A stretch of 30,891 nucleotides of DNA from Actinomycetota bacterium. Lineage in GTDB: Bacteria > Actinomycetota > Actinomycetes > Mycobacteriales > JACQDL01. The position numbers were made by a program, and so were the translations under genes. The DNA lies in the NCBI GenBank assembly GCA_046724155.1, contig JBKOWA010000243.1:1-30891 (forward strand). Reading direction: 5' to 3'. The notes below the pieces were generated by a model, which was given only the letters and a program-made list of their open reading frames with translations, had not been told where the DNA came from and searched no databases. This document shows positions 8,178 to 15,828 of this stretch, one piece after another; the stretch's first letter is position 1; each line of letters opens with the position of its first letter.

Positions 8178-9070
8178 GCTTCCCGCTGGGGGACCGGGCG
8201 GGCAAGCTGACCGGGCCGCGCCGGGCGCTGCTCGAACGGCTGCTCGCGGACCGTCGCTCGGCCGCCGCGACGACGGACGCGACGGATGGCGGCCGGGCAC
8301 CGGTGCTGATGCGACCACCCGGCCCGGCGCGGGTGATCCTGGTGCACCCGTCAGGCGGTGAGCTGTTCTGCTACATACCGTTGGTCAGGGCGCTGCGCGA
8401 GGGCATCGGTGTGGCCGGGTTCGCCGCCGACCCACGGGATGCCGCCGTGCCTGCCCGGGACGGTATGACGGCGACTGCCACCAGGATCGCGCAGGCACTG
8501 ACCGCGACCGGCTTACCGGAGTCGTACTGCCTGGCCGGCTGGTCCTACGGGGGCGTGCTCGCCTTCGAGATCGCCAGGCAGCTGGAGCGGGATACCGGAC
8601 AACGGCCGCCGGTGGTGCTGCTGGACGCCTCCTACGACGAGGACGCCGTCCCGCTCGACGAGCCGACGGTGCGGCGGCGGTTCGTGCACGACGTCGCCAG
8701 GCTGGCCGGCCGGGACGGTCCGCCGGTGCGCGCGGTGCTGGACGACCGGGCCGCCGGCCTGGTCGACATCAGGGAGACGCTGGCGTCGCTCGAGGTCGAG
8801 CTGGAGCTGAGCGACGACGAGCTGGCCGGCCGCTACGCCGTCTTCCGGGCCTGCGCGCTGGCGTTGCAGTCGTACCGCCCGCCGGGCCCGTACGGCGGGC
8901 CGGTCACCCTGCTGGCCGTCCCGCCCCGCGCCGCCGTGGAAGGGCAGTGGCGGGCGGTGTGCACGGGCCCGTTCCGGAGCGACGACCTGCCCGGCGACCA
9001 CTACACGCTTTTCACCGAACCGGCGTTGAGCCGGATCGTCGCCGAGATCGAACGGACGCTCGCCCCCTGA
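8174..9070 (+). CDS. Stand-alone thioesterase with N-terminal extension
   Basis: LVHPSGG, LAGWSYGG (GxSxG), VVLLDA, PGDHYTL. ATGA overlap with the NRPS stop. Confidence 0.9.
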   Translation: MSFPLGDRAGKLTGPRRALLERLLADRRSAAATTDATDGGRAPVLMRPPGPARVILVHPSGGELFCYIPLVRALREGIGVAGFAADPRDAAVPARDGMTATATRIAQALTATGLPESYCLAGWSYGGVLAFEIARQLERDTGQRPPVVLLDASYDEDAVPLDEPTVRRRFVHDVARLAGRDGPPVRAVLDDRAAGLVDIRETLASLEVELELSDDELAGRYAVFRACALALQSYRPPGPYGGPVTLLAVPPRAAVEGQWRAVCTGPFRSDDLPGDHYTLFTEPALSRIVAEIERTLAP

Positions 9071-9080
9071 GGAGACGCAC

Positions 9081-10235
9081 ATGCGGTTCGGGTTCACCGA
9101 GGAACAACAACGGTTCCGGGCGGACGTGCGGCAGGCGCTGCGCTCCGCCGAGGTGCGTGCGGCGGTGGCGGACGCCACCGCCGCGGACGGCGTCGAGCCG
9201 GACGTGCGGCCGCTGTACCGCCTGCTCGGTGGGCTCGGGCTGCTCGCCGTGCACTGGCCCGCCGAGTTCGGCGGAGCAGGCCGCCCGCTCACCGATGCCG
9301 CGATCGTCGCCGAGGAACTGGTGCGCGCGGGAGTGCCGGACACGTTGCACGTCAACACCATCCAGATCGTCGGCCAGTTCCTGCTGATGGCGGGCAGCAC
9401 CGCGCAGAAGCGACGGCACCTGCCCGCGCTGGCGCACGGTGAGCGCTTCGCGTCGGTGCTCTACACCGAACCGGACGCGGGATCGGACCTCGGCGCGCTG
9501 CGGACCGTGGCCGAGCCGGACGGCGACGGCTACCGGATCACCGGCACGAAGGTGTTCAGCCTCAAGACCCGATTCGTCGATCTCGGGCTGTGCGCGGCCC
9601 GTACGACGCCGGAAGCCGGGAAGTACCAGGGGATCAGCCTGTTCCTGGTCGACCTGGGCGCCCCCGGCGTGACGGTGACGGTGATAGCCGGTGTCGGCGA
9701 CGAGCAGTTCCACCGGGTCGACCTCGACTCGGTGCCGGTGTCCGGCGACGACCTCTTCGGGCCGCGCGACCAGGGGTGGCCGCTGCTCAACCAGGCACTG
9801 GCCATCGAACGCACCGGCCTCGACTACTACCTCAAGGCAGAACACTGGCTGGAGGCCGCGCTGGAGGCACTGGTCGACCGCGGGCCGGACCGCCCGCCCG
9901 GCGCCTACCTCGAACAGATCGGCCGCTGGGACGGCGCGCTCACGGCCGACCACGCCCTCGCCTGGGAGGTGCTCACCGGACTCGCGGCCGACCGGGTCGA
10001 CCCGGTCGCGGCCGCCGTCGCCAAGTACCACAGCAGCGAGCTCGCCCAGAGCATCGCGGTGTGGGCCGCTGACATCCCCGGGCCCGAGCAGCGGGCGAAC
10101 CGCACCAGGGCGGCCGTGACACTGGACTCCGCCTACCGGGAGGCGCCGGGGCTCACGCTGTCGGCGGGAACCTCCGAGGTGATGCTGCAGATCATCGCCG
10201 CCGCGTTCGACTCCATCGGACAGGAGAAGCGCTGA
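9081..10235 (+). CDS. Acyl-CoA/acyl-carrier dehydrogenase, alpha subunit
   Basis: FTEEQQRFRADVR, WPAEFGG, LYTEPDAGSDLGALRT, ITGTKVFS, GWPLLNQALAIER, AGTSEV. GAGGAG RBS. Confidence 0.9.
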   Translation: MRFGFTEEQQRFRADVRQALRSAEVRAAVADATAADGVEPDVRPLYRLLGGLGLLAVHWPAEFGGAGRPLTDAAIVAEELVRAGVPDTLHVNTIQIVGQFLLMAGSTAQKRRHLPALAHGERFASVLYTEPDAGSDLGALRTVAEPDGDGYRITGTKVFSLKTRFVDLGLCAARTTPEAGKYQGISLFLVDLGAPGVTVTVIAGVGDEQFHRVDLDSVPVSGDDLFGPRDQGWPLLNQALAIERTGLDYYLKAEHWLEAALEALVDRGPDRPPGAYLEQIGRWDGALTADHALAWEVLTGLAADRVDPVAAAVAKYHSSELAQSIAVWAADIPGPEQRANRTRAAVTLDSAYREAPGLTLSAGTSEVMLQIIAAAFDSIGQEKR

Positions 10236-10236
10236 C

Positions 10237-11319
10237 GTGGACCCGACCCCCGATCCGCTCATCGTCCAGTTGCGCAGGGCGTTGCGTACGGCCCTCGCCC
10301 GGGTACCCGTGCGGTCGCAGGTGCACGGCGCGCCGGTGGCCGACGGAGCTTCCGGCCCCGCCCGGACCGTGCTCGACCAGCTGGGCGCGGCCGACTTCGA
10401 ACGACCCGCCTCCGCCGGCGGCCTCGACCTCGGCCTGACAGCCGGGGTGCTCGTCAGCGAGGAGCTCGGCCGCGCGGCATGCGGAAACCCTTACCGGGCC
10501 GACGCGATGGCAGCCGATGTGGGTTGCCCGGCAGGCGCGGCGCTGGCCGGACTGGAGGCACTGCCGGTCGGCAGCGGGGTCGCCGCGACACCGCGAGCGG
10601 GCGGCTGGGAGCTGACCGGCGCGGCCACGGTCGACGGCCCGGGACTCGGGCCGCTGCTGGTGGCCAGCAGGACAGGCGGCGATCCGGTGCTCGTCGCGGT
10701 GCCGCGCGGTGCGCCCGGCCGCAGTGTGGAGACCAGGTGCTGGCCGCCGGTCGTCCGGTTCGAGGCCACGCCGGTCACCGCAGTGGACGTGGTCGGGGAA
10801 CTGGACGACTCGCTTACCGGCCCGCTGGCGCGAGCGCGGCTCCGGCAGGCCGCCTACCTGCTGGGCATCGCCGACGGCGCGCACCAGGTCGCGGTGCGCT
10901 ACGCCGGTGTCCGGCGGCAGTTCGACACCAGGCTGCGTGACCTACCCGCAGTGGCCTTCCCGCTGGCACGTGCCGTGGTGGCGTTGCGCGCGACCAGGGC
11001 AGCGGTGTACCGGGGGGCCTGGCTGGTCGACTCCGGGCCCGGTCAGGCCGGCACCGCGCCGGTCGTGGCGCTGGCGATGGCCGCCGAGACCGCCCGCGAC
11101 GTGGTGCGGTTGTGCCTGCAGAGCTGCGGAGTGCGGGCGATGACGGCGGAGCTCGGTCTGCACCGGTACTTCCGGCTGGCCGCGGCCGAGTCCGTCCGGT
11201 ATGGCGAGCCGGCCGCGCTGTGGCGGCTGGCCGGCGCCGCCCGGCTCGACCTGGCCAGGCACACCGTCGCCGCCGACGACGGCACCGGACCTCCGGTCGT
11301 GGCGGCGGCCAGGCTCTAG
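10237..11319 (+). CDS. Acyl-CoA dehydrogenase-like protein, degenerate partner subunit
   Basis: LVSEELGRA, LRQAAYLLGIADGA, YAGVRRQFDTRLRDLPAVAFPLA, LQSCGVRAMTAE. Lacks the N-terminal TEP..GSD motif; starts 1 nt after the first ACAD stop. Confidence 0.8.
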   Translation: MDPTPDPLIVQLRRALRTALARVPVRSQVHGAPVADGASGPARTVLDQLGAADFERPASAGGLDLGLTAGVLVSEELGRAACGNPYRADAMAADVGCPAGAALAGLEALPVGSGVAATPRAGGWELTGAATVDGPGLGPLLVASRTGGDPVLVAVPRGAPGRSVETRCWPPVVRFEATPVTAVDVVGELDDSLTGPLARARLRQAAYLLGIADGAHQVAVRYAGVRRQFDTRLRDLPAVAFPLARAVVALRATRAAVYRGAWLVDSGPGQAGTAPVVALAMAAETARDVVRLCLQSCGVRAMTAELGLHRYFRLAAAESVRYGEPAALWRLAGAARLDLARHTVAADDGTGPPVVAAARL

Positions 11320-11322
11320 GGC

Positions 11323-12036
11323 TCAGCTCGCGCGCAGGTCCTCTTGCGGCCCGGGCTTCTCCTCGCCGGGAGCGCGTCCGGCCGGCTGGATGAGCCCGGA
11401 CCGGTACGCCAGTGACACGAGCTGGGCGCGGTCGCGGACACCGAGCTTGGTGCGCACCCGGTAGAGATGGGTACGAACGGTGGCCACGCCGATGGTCAGC
11501 GCGCGGGCCACCTCCTCGGTGGACATGCCCCGCGCCACCATCCGGGTCACCTCCCGCTCCCGCGGGGTCAGCTCGGTCACCTCCGGGCACGGCGCGGACT
11601 CCAGGGCGTCCGGCTGCTCGCGGAACCAGGTGACCAGGCGTTGCGCGACGGCCGGCGCGAGCATGGTTCGGCCCACGGCCGCCGCCCGGATCGCGGTGAC
11701 CAGCTCCGGTGTGCTCGCGTCCTTGCCGAGCAGGCAGCTCGCGCCGGCGTGCAGCACGTCGCTGACCGTCTTGTCGGCGTCGGATCCGGTGAACACCACG
11801 ATGTTGGGCCGGGCGTCCTCTTTGCTGAGCCGGCGGATCATCTCCAGGCCGGAAATGGTCCGCAGGCTCAGATCGGTGACCACGACATCGGGCCGGGCGG
11901 TGCGCACCAGGACGATGGCCTCCATGCCGTTGTCGGTCGTGTCGGTCACGTCGATGTCCGGCACGGCATCGAGTAGCGTCCGCAAGCCGTCCCTGACAAC
12001 TGGCAGCTCGTCGCAGATGAGTACCCGAATAGTCAT
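11323..12036 (-). CDS. NarL/LuxR-family response regulator (REC + HTH), no adjacent kinase
   Basis: IRVLICDE, PDVVVTD (phospho-Asp), LGKDA, ELTPREREVTRMVARGMSTEEVARALTIGVATVRTH. Confidence 0.92.
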   Translation of the reverse strand: MTIRVLICDELPVVRDGLRTLLDAVPDIDVTDTTDNGMEAIVLVRTARPDVVVTDLSLRTISGLEMIRRLSKEDARPNIVVFTGSDADKTVSDVLHAGASCLLGKDASTPELVTAIRAAAVGRTMLAPAVAQRLVTWFREQPDALESAPCPEVTELTPREREVTRMVARGMSTEEVARALTIGVATVRTHLYRVRTKLGVRDRAQLVSLAYRSGLIQPAGRAPGEEKPGPQEDLRAS

Positions 12037-12326
12037 CGTGTCCCGCCTCGATGAGGGGTGGCTGGCAGACCCGCTCGACCACCATACGTGACCAGGTCGA
12101 CGTCGCCGTCACAGTGACCGGGCACGGCGGGGATCCCGGCCAGGTCATTCGGCACGTGCTGCGTCAGGAAAGCTCCGCCGCGTCCTCATCGCCACCAGAT
12201 TCCGCCTTGCTCGGCCCGAACAGCCGACCCCCGCAGAAGTCCGGGCCATCCGCCCGGACCGGGAAGACTCAGCCGCATAGCAGCGAAACTTGAGCTTGTC
12301 GTCCACAGCGGACGCTACGCTGCTGC

Positions 12327-12377
12327 TCGATCGTTTCACCCGGTGTTTTCGAGCGAATGGCTGGTGTTTTCGAGCGA
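12327..12377 (+). promoter_or_regulatory. Direct-repeat array upstream of the amidinotransferase
   Basis: GGTGTTTTCGAGCGA at 12342-12356 and 12363-12377. TCGA(G/T)CG cores start at 12327, 12349 and 12370. Confidence 0.5.
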
Positions 12378-12423
12378 CCGACTGGCGCCGTGCTGGCGGC
12401 GCCCGGCAGGGGAGGGAAACCCG

Positions 12424-13464
12424 ATGAGCCTGGTCGATGTGCACACGGAATGGGATCCGCTCGAGGAGGTCGTCGTCGGGACCATGGCAGGCGCGCGGGT
12501 GCCGATCGTGGAGCGGAGCCTGCTCGCCACCGAATACCCGGACATAGACGATCCGCAGCAGGTTCCGTCCGGCCCGTATCCCGGCCACGTGGTCGAGCAG
12601 ACCGAGGCCGAGCTCGCAGAGCTGGTGGACCTGCTCACCGGCCTCGGCGTGTCCGTGCGGCGGCCCGGCGGGCGCGACCACAAGTCGGTCGTGTCCACCC
12701 CGGACTGGAGCACGGACGGGTTCTACGACTACTGCCCCCGGGACGGGTTCCTCACGGTCGGCAGCTCGATCATCGAGACACCGATGGTGCTGCGGTCCCG
12801 GTTCCTCGAAGGGTTCGCCTACAAGGACCTGTTCCTGGAGTACTTCGAGAGCGGTGCGCGGTGGCTGTCGGCGCCCAAGCCTCAGCTGACCGACGACATG
12901 TACGAGCCGACCGCGCCGCCGGGACAGCGGCTGCGCGATCTGGAACCGGCCTTCGACGCGGCGAACGTGCTCAGGTTCGGTACGGATCTGCTCTACCAGG
13001 TCTCCGACAGCGGCAACATGCTCGGCGCGCGCTGGCTGCAGTCGGTGCTCGGTGCGCAGTACACCGTGCACCCGTGCGAGGGCCTGTACACGTCCACCCA
13101 CATCGACTCGACGATCGTGCCGCTGCGACCCGGGCTCGTGCTGGTGAACCCGGCCCGGGTCAATGATGACAACATGCCCGCGTTCCTGCGTGGCTGGGAC
13201 CGGGTTGTCTGCCCGGAGCTGGTGGACACCGGCTTCGTCGGTGACCACCCGAGGTCGTCGGTGTGGATCGGGATGAACTTCCTGGTGGTCGCGCCCGGAA
13301 AAGCCATTGTGGACAAACGGCAGTCGGAGCTCATCCGGGTGCTGGAGCACCACGGAGTGGAGGTGGTCCCGGCGCAGCTCACCCACTCCAGGACTCTCGG
13401 CGGTGGGTTCCACTGCGTGACGCTCGACGTGCGCCGCACGGGCGCACTTGCCACCTACCGGTGA
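12424..13464 (+). CDS. L-arginine-dependent amidinotransferase (StrB1/glycine amidinotransferase family)
   Basis: MSLVDVHTEWDPLEEVVVG, YDYCPRD, PAFDAANVLRFG, HIDST, and C-terminal GGGFHCVTLDVRR with catalytic Cys. GGGAGGG RBS. Confidence 0.92.
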   Translation: MSLVDVHTEWDPLEEVVVGTMAGARVPIVERSLLATEYPDIDDPQQVPSGPYPGHVVEQTEAELAELVDLLTGLGVSVRRPGGRDHKSVVSTPDWSTDGFYDYCPRDGFLTVGSSIIETPMVLRSRFLEGFAYKDLFLEYFESGARWLSAPKPQLTDDMYEPTAPPGQRLRDLEPAFDAANVLRFGTDLLYQVSDSGNMLGARWLQSVLGAQYTVHPCEGLYTSTHIDSTIVPLRPGLVLVNPARVNDDNMPAFLRGWDRVVCPELVDTGFVGDHPRSSVWIGMNFLVVAPGKAIVDKRQSELIRVLEHHGVEVVPAQLTHSRTLGGGFHCVTLDVRRTGALATYR

Positions 13465-13492
13465 GGCGCGCCGCCGATCGGCAGTTGCCGGG

Positions 13493-14518
13493 TCAGGTCC
13501 GGTCGTGCAGGAGGGTGGGTGGGATGGTGTCCCAGGTGCCGCCGGTGCGGCGGTAGGCGATGCCGGACAGCAGTTCCAGCACGACCCGGTTGGCCAGCGC
13601 GGCGGTGATGTCGGCGTGGTCGTACGGCGGGCTGACCTCGACGACGTCGGCGCCGACGACGGGCAGGGTGACCGCGATCCGGCGGACCGCGTCCAGCAGC
13701 TCGCGGGCGGTCAGGCCGCCGGGCTCGGGGGTGCCGGTGCCGGGCGCCGCGCCGGGGTCGGCGACGTCGATATCGACCGAGACGAACACCCCGTCGCAGT
13801 CGTCGGTGGCGATCGCGAACGCCTCGTCCAGGCAGGCCGGCAGACCGCGGCGGACGATCTCGTGCATCTCGAACGAGCGCATCCGCTGGGCGGCCATCCA
13901 GTCCAGGGTGGGCGGCTCGGGCCAGTACCCGCGCAGGCCGAGCTGGACGAACCGGTCTCCGCGGCAGGCGCCGGACTCGATCAGCCGGCGCATCGGCAGC
14001 CCGTGCCCGATCAGCGAGCCGAACTGGAACTCGCCGGTGTCGGCGTGCGCGTCGAAGTGCAGCACGCTGACCCGGCCCCAGCCGACCGCCCGGGCCACCC
14101 CGGTCACGTCCGGCCAGGTGATGGTGTGGTCCCCGCCGAGCACCACCGGCACCGCCCCGGCCGTGGCCACCTGCTGCACCGCCGCCTCCAGCCGGTCCAG
14201 CGGCAGCCGCCCCTCCACCCCCGGCATCGGCACGTCGCCGGCGTCGGCGACGCGCAGGTCGGCCAGCGGGTCCACGCGCAGCGCCAGGTGCGGCCGGGAC
14301 CCGTCGTGCGACAGGTAGTCCGCGGTCCGGATCGCCTGCGGCCCGAACCGGGCGCCGGCCCGGTACGACGCCCCCGCGTCGTAGGGCGCACCCAGGATCA
14401 CCGCGTCCAGCCCGGACAGCGCGGCCGGATCGGCCAGGTCGCAGCGCGGCACACCCAGGAACGTCACGTCCGGCCCGTACATCCCCCCGACACGCACCAC
14501 GCCGCGATCATCCCACAC
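13493..14518 (-). CDS. speB: Ureohydrolase (agmatinase/guanidinobutyrase/proclavaminate amidinohydrolase-like)
   Basis: GARFGPQAIR, GGDHTIT, HFDAHADT, SVDIDVADP, PGTGTPEPGG. Start uncertain (alternative ATG 14482). Confidence 0.88.
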   Translation of the reverse strand: MWDDRGVVRVGGMYGPDVTFLGVPRCDLADPAALSGLDAVILGAPYDAGASYRAGARFGPQAIRTADYLSHDGSRPHLALRVDPLADLRVADAGDVPMPGVEGRLPLDRLEAAVQQVATAGAVPVVLGGDHTITWPDVTGVARAVGWGRVSVLHFDAHADTGEFQFGSLIGHGLPMRRLIESGACRGDRFVQLGLRGYWPEPPTLDWMAAQRMRSFEMHEIVRRGLPACLDEAFAIATDDCDGVFVSVDIDVADPGAAPGTGTPEPGGLTARELLDAVRRIAVTLPVVGADVVEVSPPYDHADITAALANRVVLELLSGIAYRRTGGTWDTIPPTLLHDRT

Positions 14519-14620
14519 CTCAAACGGTGCGCAGGTCGCGCCGGCGGTGAGCAGTTCGGTGGCCGAGCAGCGCCGGGTAGCGGCGCAGCGCGCGGATGTG
14601 GGTGCTGACGCCGATCCGGG

Positions 14621-15391
14621 TCAGTACCGGCTCTCCCGCTGGGCTGGCGGCCGCAGCCGCAGGCCGTGCATGCCGCCGTCCACGGCAAGCACCGTGCCCA
14701 CCGAAGCGCCCGACAGCGGGCTCGCCAGGTAGGCGATCGCGTTGGCCACCTCGTCGGCCGACACCAGACGCCCCATCGGCTGCCGCGCGTTGAGCGCGGC
14801 CCGTTCGGCCGCCGGATCCGCCGTCCGGTCGAGCAACCTGTCCACCCACGGCGTGTCCGCTGTACCAGGGGCGACGCAGTTGACCCGGATGCCCTCGCGG
14901 ACGTGGTCCGCCGCCATCGCCAGCGTCAGCGCGTACACCGCGCCCTTGCTGGCGGAGTACAGCACCCGCTGCTCCAGCCCGGCCCACGCGACGATCGAGC
15001 ACGTGTTGACGATCGCCGCGGCGGGTGAGCGCCGCAGGTGCGGCAACGCGTGCCGGGCGACCCTGACCATCCCGACCACGTTGACGTCCAGCACCCGCAG
15101 CCACTCGTCGTCGCTGTTCCCGGAGACATCCCCGACCGCGCTGATCCCGGCGTTGTTCACCACCACGTCCAGCCTGCCGAACCGCTCGACCACGGCGTCC
15201 ACGGCGGACCTGACCTGGGCGTCGTCGGTGACGTCGGCCTTGATGCCCATGATGCCGCCCGGGACGCCGTCCGGATCGAGATCGAGCGCGGCGACCTCGG
15301 CTCCCCTGCCGTGCAGCAGTTCCGCCGTGGCCAGGCCGATCCCCGACGCACCACCGGTGACGATCGCGACCAGTCCTTCGAAGTCACTCAC
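14621..15391 (-). CDS. Short-chain dehydrogenase/reductase
   Basis: VTGGASGIG, VVNNAG, YSASK, VNCVAPGT. GTG at 15391 follows a GGAGAG RBS. Confidence 0.92.
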   Translation of the reverse strand: MSDFEGLVAIVTGGASGIGLATAELLHGRGAEVAALDLDPDGVPGGIMGIKADVTDDAQVRSAVDAVVERFGRLDVVVNNAGISAVGDVSGNSDDEWLRVLDVNVVGMVRVARHALPHLRRSPAAAIVNTCSIVAWAGLEQRVLYSASKGAVYALTLAMAADHVREGIRVNCVAPGTADTPWVDRLLDRTADPAAERAALNARQPMGRLVSADEVANAIAYLASPLSGASVGTVLAVDGGMHGLRLRPPAQRESRY

Positions 15392-15460
15392 GAGTTCTCT
15401 CCCGTCCACTCCGGACCATCGTCCGGTTGCAGCATCGAGATCGCGCCGGCCGGCAGCGGT

Positions 15461-15586
15461 CTGCCGCGTCGCGAGGGACGTTACGGGTCCGCCGGCACCG
15501 TGCGCGTCCGCGACAAGCTCATCCCCGGGGACGCACTGCGTTGACCTTCCTCCCGGGTGGCTGCGTATTTCGCTTACCTGCCCGGG
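15461..15586 (+). repeat. Inverted, diverged copy of 2622-2747
   Basis: By-eye alignment gives 10 mismatches in the first 85 nt, an identical core TGCGCGTCCGCGACAAGCTCATCC, and retained ACGCA-N-TGCGT, TTGAC and CGTATTT.GCTTACC. Confidence 0.9.
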
Positions 15587-15595
15587 TTGCGCCCG

Positions 15596-15810
15596 ACTTC
15601 GACGACGGCTCGGTCGCGCGGGACCGCTGCGGGTCTCCGACTTTCTGGGCGGCGCCTGCATGGTTCGGCGAACTCAAGGCGTTTGAGAACCGGGTCATGC
15701 ACTATCCGCACCACGTGCAGCGGGGCGTGTCCGCGGTCATGCGGGCGCAGCGGGTGCCGGTCACCCGGCGTGCCGGCCTGGCCACCGTCCGGCTGCCCCG
15801 CAACATCGCG
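15596..15810 (+). repeat. Inverted copy of 27418-27632 (internal fragment of the aziU2-like gene)
   Basis: 215 bp with 7 substitutions and 2 single-base indels by eye. Both loci translate to FWAAPAWFGELKAFE..VMHYPHHVQRGVSAVM.AQRVPVTRRAGLA.VRLPRNIA. Confidence 0.95.
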
Positions 15811-15828
15811 GAAAGGGTGGACCACGCA

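Noticed and set aside
117-13464. Streptomycin-like aminoglycoside cluster (AadA + StrB1-like amidinotransferase + DegT aminotransferase)
   Set aside because: No inositol or sugar-nucleotide enzymes, glycosyltransferases or phosphotransferases are present. The AmCP/NRPS context explains these genes better.
14519-14620. Possible remnant of a sugar-acid dehydratase gene after the SDR (VLTRIGVSTHIR...)
   Set aside because: The resemblance covers only a few residues and cannot be supported without a search.
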